From the NCBI GenBank assembly GCA_963811165.1, contig CAWEQH010000004.1, forward strand, positions 416,001 through 480,000: DNA of 64,000 bases, read 5' to 3'. Every line of letters starts with the position of its first letter. The first letter of the stretch is position 1. The notes under the pieces were generated by a model. That model was not told where the DNA came from. It did no database searches and saw only the letters and a list, made by a program, of their open reading frames with translations. Made by a program: the position numbers and the translations under genes. This document shows, piece after piece, positions 8,891-19,164 of the stretch. This DNA comes from an uncultured Nitrospiraceae bacterium. Lineage in GTDB: Bacteria > Nitrospirota > Thermodesulfovibrionia > Thermodesulfovibrionales > UBA6898.

Positions 8891-9697
8891 TCAGGTGGCC
8901 CTTGGATCAAGATATGCCGCCTTCCTCCGAGAATCTGCATTCTTTGTATGCGCCTTTTTCCACCTGAAGTATCTCTGTACCTCGGCAGCGCACGGATGAG
9001 ATGGAAGTGAACATACACGCTCCCATGTGGTCTGAAGAAATCTGATCCCAGGCGGAACAGGATTTGCGAATGCGTCAGAGAAGAGACTCAGGCCGACAAC
9101 TGCTCTGACCGAAGCGGCCGGGAAAAGACGCTGCGAGTAATTCTTCAGAAACTCCCCTCGTAACTGAATCTGATCCTTGTCTTTCTGTTTCCCTTGTGAT
9201 CTCCCAACGCCGGATCGCCATTTTGCCTCGTCAAGAACAACAGCATTCCGGGTTATAATCCCAAAGTCGATCTCGGGTCCTCCTACGCTTAGAGTGTCAG
9301 GGTGAGGAATTCTTCGCCAGAGAATGACCTCGGCGTGATCGGCAGATGCACTTGGAAGGTTCAGCAGTCGAAAGAGATCGGTAAGCCAGCTTTTCAATAT
9401 ATCTCGCTGAGCCCGAGCGGCAGTGCCAAACACCGACCAGGTGATGGCGTCTTCACTGTGAAGAGACTGAAGGTCACAATAGTATCCAAGGCCTGATTCG
9501 CAGATTGCTCGCTGGTTATCGTCAAAGGCATGAACCTGTCGACTCTGATAAAGTTTTTGAACCACCTCAGGCGCGGGCCATGGATCACAACCCGTCCGAA
9601 TTAGGTTGTCGAACGGGTGCGCCGCTACACAAACGCCGCCTTTGCTATGCGCAAATGTCATTTTTTTGCCGTTCCAATCCTTCATTATTTGAATCAT
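8891..9697 (-). CDS. Hypothetical protein, possible PD-(D/E)XK nuclease
   Basis: SEDAITW...PEIDFG...LDEAKW matches the E...D...ExK nuclease pattern. Confidence 0.55.
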   Translation of the reverse strand: MIQIMKDWNGKKMTFAHSKGGVCVAAHPFDNLIRTGCDPWPAPEVVQKLYQSRQVHAFDDNQRAICESGLGYYCDLQSLHSEDAITWSVFGTAARAQRDILKSWLTDLFRLLNLPSASADHAEVILWRRIPHPDTLSVGGPEIDFGIITRNAVVLDEAKWRSGVGRSQGKQKDKDQIQLRGEFLKNYSQRLFPAASVRAVVGLSLFSDAFANPVPPGIRFLQTTWERVCSLPSHPCAAEVQRYFRWKKAHTKNADSRRKAAYLDPRAT

Positions 9698-9994
9698 TAT
9701 CTTAAACGATTATAGCAAACTCCGGTGTGAGGATTTCAGTTGGTAATCAAAGTCCTTCAGAGAACGACATAAGTGCGGAGTATCAGGTGCACTTTTTATT
9801 GTCCAAGGTCTTCGGGGTTTATCCACGAGGAGATGTTATTACGATATCGAATCACAAGTCGGGCAATGACGAAAGCGGATATTACTTTTGCATCTTTCAA
9901 TACTACCTGGATTCCGATTGCCAACTGCCGGAATGACGGAGGAAAAGGGGGAGGGGAGAGCGTGGGGAAAGCCTGGCGCAGGCTTGAATTGGTG

Positions 9995-12622
9995 TCAAGG
10001 TCTCCTCACATAGAGTTTTCTCAGTTCTTCCGCCAGCAGCAATACTATGCTAAACGGTATCAGGATCAGCCACACACTTAAGTTTACAGGCGCCGTTCCG
10101 AAAATCCTGTTTCCGATCGGACTATAAATGATAACGGCCGACAGCAATAGCTCAAAGACCACTCCGACAACGAGTAATTTGTTCGACAGGAAGCCGAGAC
10201 TGAAGATAGAGTCTTTAAAAGAGCGACAGGCGAATACCGTGCCGACCTGTAGTATCACGATCCCCAGGAATGTTGCTGTCGTTGCCCGGCGGGAAAGCAG
10301 ATCATCGATGGGCAAATCCGTTCCCCATTTCCAGCCGCCATTATAAAGGACATAGAAATACCCGAACAAGACACCGATTGTGCTTATGAGACCGATAAAA
10401 ATATATCCCCTGAAGAGTACCGAACGGTCTATAAGTCCTTTTTCGAGCGGCCTTGGGGGTCTCTTCATAATTCCTGCTTCAGGTGTTTCCATACCCAGGG
10501 CAAGGGCGGGGACGGTCTCGGTGCCGAGGTCTATGGCGAGGATCTGCATCACTGTGAGCGGCAGCGGTATCTTGATAAGCGCAAACAGGATATACGGGAT
10601 CGCCTCCGGCGTCCCATGCGCAAAGATGTAGGTGATGAATTTTCTGATGTTCTCAAATATCGCCCTGCCTTCCTCCACCGCATTTACAATTGTGGCGAAA
10701 TTATCATCGAGCAGGACCACATCTGCCGCTTCCTTTGCAACATCCGTCCCGCTCTTCCCCATGGCAATTCCGATGTCCGCCTTTTTAAGTGCGGGTGCGT
10801 CATTCACCCCATCACCCGTTACCGCAACCCTTTCCCCCTCGTCTTTAAGTATTGACACCACCCTCATCTTATGTCTGGGTGTCATCCTTGCAAAGATTAT
10901 CTCCTTAGATGCGATAGCTTCTCTCAGCGCACTGTCTTTTATTCCATCCATTGAATATCCTTCAATAACGACGGGATCGCCTTCGACAAGTCCTATCTGT
11001 CTTGCAACGGCTGTAGCCGTCTTGCTCGCATCCCCGGTAATCATAATTATCCTGATGCCTGACTCATGACATTTTCTTATGGCCTCCGGTACATCGGGAC
11101 GCGGAGGATCTTCAAGCCCTATTAGCCCGACTAATGTAAGATCGGACTCGACCGATGACTCCAGGGCGGGCCTGTCAATAACAACTTTCTCTTTGTCGGA
11201 AAGAGCAAATGCCATCACTCTCAGTCCCTCATCCATCATCGAATGATATGCCCGCGTCAATAATTCCTTATATTCTTCATTCAATGCCTTAACACCGTTA
11301 TCTAGTATTGTGTTACACAGCGGTAAAACAGTTTCCAGGGCGCCCTTTGTCAATACCACAGTCTTGCCGTCGAGCACATTTAGTGTGGTCATTCTCTTTC
11401 TTTCAGAATCGAAAGGTATCTCAAATATTCTTTCTGATTGGATATCACCGGATGTCTCCCTGACCTTCCTCAAAATCGCAACTTCCGTAGGGTCTCCTCT
11501 GTATTTCCCATCCTCATAAACGGCATTGTTACAAAGATAAGCAATCTTCATCAGATTGCCGGAAGTAGACTGCCGGCCATCAAATGTCCACACCTTCTCG
11601 ACCTCCATGCTGTTCTGCGTAAGCGTCCCTGTTTTGTCGGTGCAGATCACCGTAACAGAACCGAGTGTCTCCACAGAGGTGAGATTTTTGATGAGCGCTT
11701 TTTTCTTGGCCATCCTTTGGCTTCCCATCGCAAGGGAGAGGGTCACGGTAGGGAGGAGTCCTTCGGGCACATTGGCAATGGTAATACCGATGGCAAAAAG
11801 CAGGTTATGCCAGAAGCTTCTGCCGATTAGAGTTCCGATTGCCAGAAAGAATATGCCCGTGGTGATTGCGATCAGTGCGATTATCCTCGTCACCTTTATT
11901 ATCTCTTTTTGGAGAGGGCTCAGCCCCGGCTCAACGGCGCTCGTCAAGTGTGCGATCCTGCCGAACTCGGTGGACATGCCGGTTGCAAAGGCCACGGCCT
12001 TGCCGGAACCGCTCAGAACAAGTGTGCCGGCAAAGATTATGTTGGCACTTTCGAGATATTCCCCGTCGAACGGCGCAGCACTTCTCGGTTTCGACTCAGA
12101 CTCGCCGGTCAATGGGGCATTATTTACCATAAGGCGGTTTTCATCTATAAGCCTCGAGTCAGCAGGGACCTTGTCCCCCTCGACCAGAAGGATCACATCG
12201 CCGGGGACAACGTCCCTTGCCGGGATTTCCCTCGTTGCCCCGTCTCGCACAACTTTAACATTGAAGGGGAGGAGTTTTTTGAGCGCTTCCACCGCCTTTT
12301 CCGCGCGGAATTCCTGTACAAACGTGAAGATGGCGTTGATGACGATGACCCCAATGATTGCTATCCCGAGCGAAAGCATGCCTTCTCCGGGACGAAGATA
12401 TTCGGATATGAAAGAAAGGAAAGCTGAAACCCACAAAAGGATGGCAAGGAAATGTGTAAACTGGGAGACTAATCTTAGAAAGAGAGACTTCTTCCTTACC
12501 TCTTTAATCTCATTCGGACCATATTCATGGAGACGCCTTTGGGCATCCGCTTCTGAAAGACCTCTCTCAGAAGTTACGAGGCTCCGGAGGACTTCCTCTC
12601 GTGAGAGATTGTGAATCTTCAT
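9995..12622 (-). CDS. Cation-transporting P-type ATPase (type II)
   Basis: TGES, PEGL, DKTGTLT, TGD and GDGVND motifs; multiple TM segments. Confidence 0.95.
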   Translation of the reverse strand: MKIHNLSREEVLRSLVTSERGLSEADAQRRLHEYGPNEIKEVRKKSLFLRLVSQFTHFLAILLWVSAFLSFISEYLRPGEGMLSLGIAIIGVIVINAIFTFVQEFRAEKAVEALKKLLPFNVKVVRDGATREIPARDVVPGDVILLVEGDKVPADSRLIDENRLMVNNAPLTGESESKPRSAAPFDGEYLESANIIFAGTLVLSGSGKAVAFATGMSTEFGRIAHLTSAVEPGLSPLQKEIIKVTRIIALIAITTGIFFLAIGTLIGRSFWHNLLFAIGITIANVPEGLLPTVTLSLAMGSQRMAKKKALIKNLTSVETLGSVTVICTDKTGTLTQNSMEVEKVWTFDGRQSTSGNLMKIAYLCNNAVYEDGKYRGDPTEVAILRKVRETSGDIQSERIFEIPFDSERKRMTTLNVLDGKTVVLTKGALETVLPLCNTILDNGVKALNEEYKELLTRAYHSMMDEGLRVMAFALSDKEKVVIDRPALESSVESDLTLVGLIGLEDPPRPDVPEAIRKCHESGIRIIMITGDASKTATAVARQIGLVEGDPVVIEGYSMDGIKDSALREAIASKEIIFARMTPRHKMRVVSILKDEGERVAVTGDGVNDAPALKKADIGIAMGKSGTDVAKEAADVVLLDDNFATIVNAVEEGRAIFENIRKFITYIFAHGTPEAIPYILFALIKIPLPLTVMQILAIDLGTETVPALALGMETPEAGIMKRPPRPLEKGLIDRSVLFRGYIFIGLISTIGVLFGYFYVLYNGGWKWGTDLPIDDLLSRRATTATFLGIVILQVGTVFACRSFKDSIFSLGFLSNKLLVVGVVFELLLSAVIIYSPIGNRIFGTAPVNLSVWLILIPFSIVLLLAEELRKLYVRRP

Positions 12623-13461
12623 CAGGGTTCATGCTTGGGCCTCAGGATTATGAGATTGCATGGTGTCTCCCTGAGGACTTCCTCTACAGGATTGCCACTC
12701 ATGATGCTTTTAAAAAGGCTCCTTTCACTCGCCCCAAGCACGATGAGGTCATTACGCCTGTGGGCGGCTTCTATGGTTATCGCCCTTGAAACAGCACCGT
12801 AGCCCGTCCTCTTTTCGTGTCCGATATCGTACCTCTTTAAGCACCCTGTAAAATTCTCGATGTCCTTTGGTATGCGTTCTTCTCTTTCCGCAGGCTTCAG
12901 GTGTATCTCTCCGCCGAGAAAACTCGCAATAGGGCTATGCAGATGGAAAAGTGTGACCTGTGCGCTAAATGCATGCGCAAGCTTCGCCACAAAGCAGGCC
13001 CTTTCTTCAAGGCGGGTCATATGTTCTCTCAACGGGACGAGGATATTCTTAGGATGCGGTTTCCCCATGCGGACCACCCTCGCCATCGCAACAGAGCACG
13101 GCAGTTTTATCATAAGCTCTCTTGCAAGGGTTCTTACAAAAAACCGTTTTGATACCTCTTCCCTCCTCGTTGCAGTGAATGCAATATCTATATTTTCTTT
13201 CTTCACCATGTCGTGTATTTTCTTAAGCGGGTCGCCTTTTTCGGTGATGCTCTTCACTTCTATCCCGCGCCCCTCGGCCTCTACAAAAAGTCTCTCAAGG
13301 GCAGACTCGGCCTGTTTGAACGTGTCCTTATTACTTCCCTCCCGGGCGACAAAGACAAGGAGAAGTTTTGCCTGACATGCTTGTGAAAGGGCTACGGCGT
13401 AATGAGCTGCCACCTCTGAATTTGTAAACTCATTCACGGCAGCAAGTACTTTCTTATACAT
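12622..13461 (-). CDS. Universal stress protein (tandem USP domains)
   Basis: MYKKVLAAV..., DLIVLGAS...GNPVEEVLRETPCNLII. Confidence 0.85.
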   Translation of the reverse strand: MYKKVLAAVNEFTNSEVAAHYAVALSQACQAKLLLVFVAREGSNKDTFKQAESALERLFVEAEGRGIEVKSITEKGDPLKKIHDMVKKENIDIAFTATRREEVSKRFFVRTLARELMIKLPCSVAMARVVRMGKPHPKNILVPLREHMTRLEERACFVAKLAHAFSAQVTLFHLHSPIASFLGGEIHLKPAEREERIPKDIENFTGCLKRYDIGHEKRTGYGAVSRAITIEAAHRRNDLIVLGASERSLFKSIMSGNPVEEVLRETPCNLIILRPKHEP

Positions 13462-13566
13462 AAGCAAATTATAGTCGTCACCCTGCCAAATCACAACAAA
13501 CTGCGGGTGTTTACCACGGTTATTTAAATTATCTCTTGAAGCCACTATTCAAGATCAAAGCGATAG

Positions 13567-13734
13567 CTATGATTTCTTGCTTGTCTTCGCAAAGAATCCA
13601 GTGATTAGCTTTTTGACCTGATCACTCTGACAGTGGGGACATGTAACCGTCGGCTTCGCCTCAAGTTCCTTGAATGAAAAAAATACTGCAAACTTTTTCC
13701 GGCAATTGTTGCAAAGATAATCATACTCCGGCAT
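13567..13734 (-). CDS. FmdB-family zinc-ribbon protein (55 aa; not in the ORF track)
   Basis: MPEYDYLCNNC...CPHCQSDQVKKLITGFFAKTSKKS, preceded by a GGAGG SD. Confidence 0.85.
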   Translation of the reverse strand: MPEYDYLCNNCRKKFAVFFSFKELEAKPTVTCPHCQSDQVKKLITGFFAKTSKKS

Positions 13735-13873
13735 GTGGGACCTCCTCTGCCATCATCTCCACTACATAGTTTACTTCTCCCATTATAAATTCCAGGTCAT
13801 CACCACATCGTAAATGCCCGACATAGCCGCCTACATCTGCTTTAATGACACTGATTGTAATTTTGTCCGACAT
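13721..13873 (-). pseudogene. Internally deleted remnant of fructose-1,6-bisphosphate aldolase/phosphatase (class V FBPase)
   Basis: KITISVIKADVGGYVGH fused directly to CGDDLEFIM. These motifs are separated by tens of residues in intact enzymes. Confidence 0.7.
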
Positions 13874-14029
13874 ATTTCCCCCCTTTCTATTCAAAGCATA
13901 GCGCGGCATTAACCTGGGGGCAACTGTCCATGCTTAGAAGAGAGTCAAGATGAATAGCGGCATGCGGTTGACAGCTGTCCATTTTGGAGGTATTAAGGAA
14001 CTAAGATTTGTGAAAAGGGGGAAGAAATC

Positions 14030-14314
14030 ATGCCGCATTACATAATCCTTAGCAAGTTAACGGACGATGGCAGAAAGACTCTCAAGCAAAAACCGGAAAG
14101 GATATCGGAGGTTAATAAGGAGCTGGAAGCAATGAATGTGAAGATCAAAGAGCAATTCGTGGTTTTGGGGCCGTATGATTTCGTCAACATCGTCGAGGCG
14201 CCGGACAATGAAACCATCATGAAGGCCTCTGTAGAAATAGGGGCCCGAGGGTCTGTTAAGCTCCTCACACTGCCGGCTATAACCATAGATCAATTTGTGA
14301 AAAAAGTGAAATAG
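14030..14314 (+). CDS. GYD domain protein
   Basis: LGPYDFVNIVEAPD motif, 94 aa. Confidence 0.85.
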   Translation: MPHYIILSKLTDDGRKTLKQKPERISEVNKELEAMNVKIKEQFVVLGPYDFVNIVEAPDNETIMKASVEIGARGSVKLLTLPAITIDQFVKKVK

Positions 14315-14502
14315 GCTGCGAAAAGATCCCGACCGAGAGATGTCTGAAGACGGACCGAGAGGAGGAGCCTAAGAATGCGGGAACCGGGGAATGTGCCTCT
14401 GCCCGCATGGAATGTGCGCTCACAGATGAGAGAGGCATTCTGAGAAATAGGATCAGGATAGACAGTTTTCCGGATCGTGTGAAAGCCTGTCTGTATTACC
14501 TT

Positions 14503-15396
14503 TCATTTGCATGTTTTCCCGATCAAAAGAGAACATTTGGAATGCGCGAGAATGTTCCGTGACACACTCCCAAGCATTCCCTTGACTCCCTTTAGGCCTC
14601 TGCATCCTACCACGATGATATCCGTTTTTGATTCTTCTGCGAGTGAGAGAATCTCTGACGAGGGATCTCCTACCCGTGTCAGTCCATTTACATTCGGGAA
14701 CCTCTCCTTCAAATACTTCACGGCAGGTTCAAGGACCTTCTCCGATGTTTCATATTCGATCGATCTTGCCCTGGCGACCTCTTCCTTGATTTGTTCTCCT
14801 ATTTCGAGGGAAAGCCTCTCCGGTATATCAGACACCGCCGACCATACAACATTAAGGACGGTTATTTCCGAATCTCTGTGAAACGGCATCGAGGCCAAAA
14901 ACTTTCCAGCTACGTTGGCATGGTCGGAACCATCAGTCGCAAAAAGGATTTTCAATTTAGCCGAAGCCGCAAATTGAGGCGGTTTTATCACGAGGACCGG
15001 TTTGGGGGAGCTGATAGCGACTGACCTGGTCACACTCCCGATGATAAGCTGTTTAATCCCCTTTAACCCTCGCGCTCCCATAACAATCAGGTCAACACCT
15101 GATGTCTCAGCAACTTCGATGATAGATGTATCGGGAGATCCTTCCATAGATTCCATACTGACTTTCGCGGGCAGGGGTTTTAGTATATTCACCGTTGAGT
15201 CGAGGATCTTCGGGGCGATGTCCTGTTTTATCTGCTTGAGACGGGCGTAATGTGATTCCGCGTCCTCTTCGAAGGGCACCCAGCTGATCACATGGAGGAC
15301 GGTGACTTCGTCGTCCCAGGTGAGTGCAAGTTGCGCCATAAACCGTGCTGCACCCTCAGAGTAGTCGGATCCATCTGTCGGTAGTAACAATTTCAT
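14503..15396 (-). CDS. Universal stress protein (tandem USP domains)
   Basis: Two TDGS...DLIVMGxRG...GSVxR repeats. Confidence 0.9.
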   Translation of the reverse strand: MKLLLPTDGSDYSEGAARFMAQLALTWDDEVTVLHVISWVPFEEDAESHYARLKQIKQDIAPKILDSTVNILKPLPAKVSMESMEGSPDTSIIEVAETSGVDLIVMGARGLKGIKQLIIGSVTRSVAISSPKPVLVIKPPQFAASAKLKILFATDGSDHANVAGKFLASMPFHRDSEITVLNVVWSAVSDIPERLSLEIGEQIKEEVARARSIEYETSEKVLEPAVKYLKERFPNVNGLTRVGDPSSEILSLAEESKTDIIVVGCRGLKGVKGMLGSVSRNILAHSKCSLLIGKTCK

Positions 15397-15470
15397 TGCC
15401 GTATCCTCCTTCCCTAACCTAAACACATTGTATCGCCAAATCGAATGATGGTAAAGTTCTTCTGACTGCC

Positions 15471-16795
15471 TGTTGTCAACAAATAGAGTTGTCCGGTTTT
15501 AGAGCAGATAAACTGTCCGGTCCGTAGCTAGTTGATATCAGGCTGCTTTTTTGTTTAGTTTTGAGACCTCCTTCCCCTTGGAATTAAAGGCTATCAATTT
15601 TCTGTGCCCATGGAATATTGCTAGGTTGCCGTTTGGATAGCGATGGACACGGACCTTTACTTTGACATAGTGAAAGCGATATTTATCGGCTGGAATCTGA
15701 AGGGTCAGGGCATCGAATTTGACACAGTTGTTGTTGCCGACCGTCCGCTCATATTGTTCGCAGAGGATGTCTTGAAGAGGTGTTCCGGCCCAAGGGACAA
15801 ACATACTGGCAGGCTCCTCAGCGGATACGGCAAATTCATCGTTAAAGGCGGGAAGATACACATCACGGATATAGGCATTGGCCTGTTTCATCTCAGTGAT
15901 GCCGGCCATGGCAAGTTCCTTTACAAGGCGCTCCTGATGAGTGCGGAAGGCGCGTTCAGAGCGTCCTCGGGCCTCAGGGGAATAGGCCGGGATCATCTCT
16001 ATCCCTAACTGCCTCATGGCACGGCCAAATTGTGTCAGATTCTCCTTATCCACCTTCCCCCCAGCCTCTGGGGTATTCCAGTAGTGGCTGCCGCGATCCG
16101 TGTACAGTGAGGCAAATACTCCATGCTCGACGATCACCTCACTAACTCCCTGAAAACTGCTCTGAGTTCCTTCTTCATCGATAAAAAACATCGAGTAATG
16201 TCCATTGCTGGCATCATCCATTGTTACAATCAGATCCCATAACTTCCCAGGCACCCACTCATGTGTGGAGCCGTCCTGATGCAGCATCATGCCAATATAC
16301 GGAGCTCTTGGACGCTGTCTCCGGTGGGTTCCCTTTCTCGAATCCTTATGCACAAGTCCCTTGCCCTGAAGAGTATTCTTTACCCAGGTGTAGCTCCTCA
16401 TGCCCTCATGAGCCCGCCTGTACCAACTGTAAAAGTGCTTAACCGTCAATCCCTGGTACCTGCGGCTGTATAAATCTGCCAGGGCCATTACCTCATCAAC
16501 AGGCGCACTGCGGTGCGATATCTGTCCTAAACGCCTATCAATAAGTCCCTCCATCCCCTGCTCCTCATATCGAACCAGATATCGACGGTACGTCCGGTCG
16601 CATACTCCAAGCAGCCTCGCCGCTTCCTCCTGCGTCAATCTCCCCCTTTGACATCCCTCATATGCTTCCTCAAATCTCATCTTCCGTACCTCCTGTAGTA
16701 GTGCTGTCCTCTTCATCAATGGCACCTCCGTGCCATCCAATCTTAACCGGACAGTTTATGTGCTACAGATACGGACAGTTTATTGGCTCGCTACA
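15471..16795 (-). mobile_element. ISNCY/IS1202-type (IS481-related) insertion sequence
   Basis: TGT...ACA ends, repeated AACTGTCCG boxes in both ends, 16-bp TSD AGTTCTTCTGACTGCC at 15455-15470 and 16796-16811. Confidence 0.88.
15538..16740 (-). CDS. DDE transposase (HTH + rve), ISNCY/IS1202-type
   Basis: HQDGSTHEW, MDDA, YTDRGSH and SPEARGRSER motifs. The true start may be slightly downstream. Confidence 0.9.
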   Translation of the reverse strand: MDGTEVPLMKRTALLQEVRKMRFEEAYEGCQRGRLTQEEAARLLGVCDRTYRRYLVRYEEQGMEGLIDRRLGQISHRSAPVDEVMALADLYSRRYQGLTVKHFYSWYRRAHEGMRSYTWVKNTLQGKGLVHKDSRKGTHRRQRPRAPYIGMMLHQDGSTHEWVPGKLWDLIVTMDDASNGHYSMFFIDEEGTQSSFQGVSEVIVEHGVFASLYTDRGSHYWNTPEAGGKVDKENLTQFGRAMRQLGIEMIPAYSPEARGRSERAFRTHQERLVKELAMAGITEMKQANAYIRDVYLPAFNDEFAVSAEEPASMFVPWAGTPLQDILCEQYERTVGNNNCVKFDALTLQIPADKYRFHYVKVKVRVHRYPNGNLAIFHGHRKLIAFNSKGKEVSKLNKKAA

Positions 16796-16899
16796 AGTTC
16801 TTCTGACTGCCTTGACAGCGTCCTAAATGCTGGTAAACTTAAAATAGGGGTAGAATTTAGCATTCCAAACCGTGACCGAAGGCCGTCAGGGAGGTCGAA

Positions 16900-17298
16900 A
16901 TGAACTTACAAGAAGAAATAGCTAAGGTGGCTCATGAATTATATGAAAAAAGTGGGTGCATTGAAGGTAGAGACTGTGAAAATTGGCTTGACGCTGAAAG
17001 GATAGTGCTCTCAAGGCATGCCGGCCAGGACATGGAAGAGCCGGAGGGAGAAGAAGCACTCATCGAGGAAGAGACAATTGCCGAGGAAATAGAGGGAACA
17101 GAGCTAAAGCCGGCAAGCCAGGGGAATAACGAGGGGACAACTGTAATGGAGGAGATTGAGGTTAGGGAACCGGCCAGAGCTAAAAAAAGAGGGTCCAGAA
17201 TTACTGAAGCGGTAGAAAAAATCATGTCTGTGAAAAAGAGTGGCCCGGGGAAAAAAGCTGATTCCTCAAAAAAAGAGAGAGCAAAGAAAAAGACGTGA
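16900..17298 (+). CDS. DUF2934-domain protein with acidic/basic tail
   Basis: EEIAKVAHELYEKSG...GRDCENWLDAE. SD GGAGG. TTGACA at 16812. Confidence 0.75.
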   Translation: MNLQEEIAKVAHELYEKSGCIEGRDCENWLDAERIVLSRHAGQDMEEPEGEEALIEEETIAEEIEGTELKPASQGNNEGTTVMEEIEVREPARAKKRGSRITEAVEKIMSVKKSGPGKKADSSKKERAKKKT

Positions 17299-17518
17299 CC
17301 GTTACAGCGGGCTGTCGCAAAATGCCCGTGCAGACTACGGGTTCAATAGATCACAGATACCCAAACAGTTAGAAAGCATCCCTCTGGTCTATCGTACATA
17401 ACGGCATAATCTCCTCTTACGTTAGTTACACTTTGTCAAAGCCCCCTTCTATGAATAAACTTCATGTGATAACAGGAAATATAAATACGATCAAAATCAA
17501 TGAGTTAGATGGTTACAG

Positions 17519-17548
17519 TTGACAGTTGCATAAAGTTATGTTTATATA
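17519..17548 (+). promoter_or_regulatory. Sigma70-type promoter with overlapping inverted repeat (candidate ArsR operator)
   Basis: TTGACA (17519-17524) followed by ATAAA-gttatg-TTTAT (17530-17545), upstream of the arsR-containing run. Confidence 0.4.
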
Positions 17549-17581
17549 TGAGTATATCGTTAAATGTTTCGGAGGCCTTCA

Positions 17582-18532
17582 ATGCTGAAAACTTTTGCAT
17601 CCTATATAACATATGATCTTGCAAGGCTTGATCGCGGTACACGCCTCGCTGATGCCCTAAATTTCTTCATCTACGACACAATCAAGATATTTCTTCTGCT
17701 CGCTGTCATTATATTTATTGTTTCCGTAATCAGAAGTTATTTCCCTCCCGAAAAAACGAAACACATCTTGTCTCATAAAAAGGAATTTATCGGAAACATT
17801 CTGGCTGCATTGTTGGGTATCGTCACTCCATTTTGTTCTTGTTCGGCTGTCCCTCTCTTCATAGGCTTTGTGGAGGCCGGCGTACCCCTTGGCGTAACAT
17901 TCTCTTTCCTTATCTCCTCGCCGATGGTGAATGAAGTAGCTGTCGTTCTCCTATGGGGACTTTTCGGCTGGAAGATAGCGGCTATTTATATGGGCACCGG
18001 TCTTTTGGTGGCAGTCCTGGCTGGATTCATAATCGGGAAACTGAAACTTGAGAAATGGGTTGAGGAGTATGTATACAAGATAAAAACCGGGCAGGGACAG
18101 GAAGTCTGCGCCCAGCCATTCAAGGAAAGGCTTCAGTACGCGAAGTGGAATACGGCAGATATCTTAAAGAGGGTCTGGGTGTTTGTTATCCTGGCTATCG
18201 GTATCGGCGGTTTCATTCACGGATATGTGCCGCAGGACTTTCTTGTCCGTTATGCAGGCAACGACAATCCTTTTGCAGTTCCCATGGCCGTTGCGCTCGG
18301 TGTTCCGCTTTATTCCAATGCAGCGGGCGTAATACCGATCGTCTACGCCCTTATGGAGAAAGGCTTGAGCATGGGCACTGTCCTTGCCTTTATGATGGCG
18401 GTGACGGCGTTATCTCTGCCTGAAATGATAATCCTGAGAAAGGTATTGAAGATCCCGTTACTGGCTGTTTTTGCCGGAATCATGACCGCGACCATAACGG
18501 CTGTCGGTTATCTCTTTAACGCAATTTTATAG
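17582..18532 (+). CDS. ArsP/DUF318-family permease
   Basis: TPFCSCS, FLISSPMVNE, GVPLYSNAAG and ALSLPE motifs. Confidence 0.88.
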   Translation: MLKTFASYITYDLARLDRGTRLADALNFFIYDTIKIFLLLAVIIFIVSVIRSYFPPEKTKHILSHKKEFIGNILAALLGIVTPFCSCSAVPLFIGFVEAGVPLGVTFSFLISSPMVNEVAVVLLWGLFGWKIAAIYMGTGLLVAVLAGFIIGKLKLEKWVEEYVYKIKTGQGQEVCAQPFKERLQYAKWNTADILKRVWVFVILAIGIGGFIHGYVPQDFLVRYAGNDNPFAVPMAVALGVPLYSNAAGVIPIVYALMEKGLSMGTVLAFMMAVTALSLPEMIILRKVLKIPLLAVFAGIMTATITAVGYLFNAIL

Positions 18533-18542
18533 GAGGATATGA

Positions 18543-18782
18543 ATGGAAATCAAGGTATTGGGTCCGGGATGTACAAACTGTCACAAGATGGAAGAGTTGG
18601 CAAAAATCGCCGTGAATGACCTCGGCATCGAAGCAAAGGTAGAGAAGATTTCCGAAATTCAGGAGATCATGAGATATACCATGTCGACACCGGGGCTTGT
18701 GGTTAACGGCAAGCTTAAACATTCAGGTAAGCCGCTGCCAAGCCTCGACAAGGTGAAAGCCCTGATAAAGGAAGAGGCTTGA
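18543..18782 (+). CDS. Small redox-active disulfide protein (thioredoxin-like, MTH895 type)
   Basis: IKVLGPGCTNC...MSTPGLVVNG. Confidence 0.88.
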   Translation: MEIKVLGPGCTNCHKMEELAKIAVNDLGIEAKVEKISEIQEIMRYTMSTPGLVVNGKLKHSGKPLPSLDKVKALIKEEA

Positions 18783-18784
18783 CC

Positions 18785-19162
18785 ATGCAGGATTTGATGA
18801 ACATCTTTAAAGCGCTTTCTGAAGAAACGAGGCTCAGGATATTGAAGCTGCTTGAAACCGGGGAGCTATGCGTCTGTGATATCGTTGCCGCGCTCGATAT
18901 GGTACAACCGAAAGTATCGTTTCATCTGAACGCATTAAAGGAAGCGGGCTTCCTGAAAGACCGGAAACAGGGACGGTGGACCCACTACCGCATTGACGAT
19001 TCGGATTTCTTCAGAAGGTCCCTGCTTCTGTCTGTCTTCGAAAGGATACCGAGAGAAGCCAATGCAGAGGACAGGAGAAGACTTGATGATTTTCTTGAGA
19101 ATAAGCAGACAAAAGGGGACGTGGTGCCTATTCAAAATAAAAAAAGATGTTGCGGAGGATGA
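18785..19162 (+). CDS. arsR: ArsR/SmtB metalloregulator
   Basis: ELCVCD box, SFHL HTH, C-terminal CC pair. Confidence 0.88.
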   Translation: MQDLMNIFKALSEETRLRILKLLETGELCVCDIVAALDMVQPKVSFHLNALKEAGFLKDRKQGRWTHYRIDDSDFFRRSLLLSVFERIPREANAEDRRRLDDFLENKQTKGDVVPIQNKKRCCGG

Positions 19163-19164
19163 CC

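Noticed and set aside
9727..10081. Short ORFs between the defence island and the ATPase
   Set aside because: No SD or motif support; probably degenerate spacer.
11556..12614. 352-aa plus-strand ORF
   Set aside because: Antisense shadow of the P-type ATPase. The same applies to the shadows over 59627-62059.
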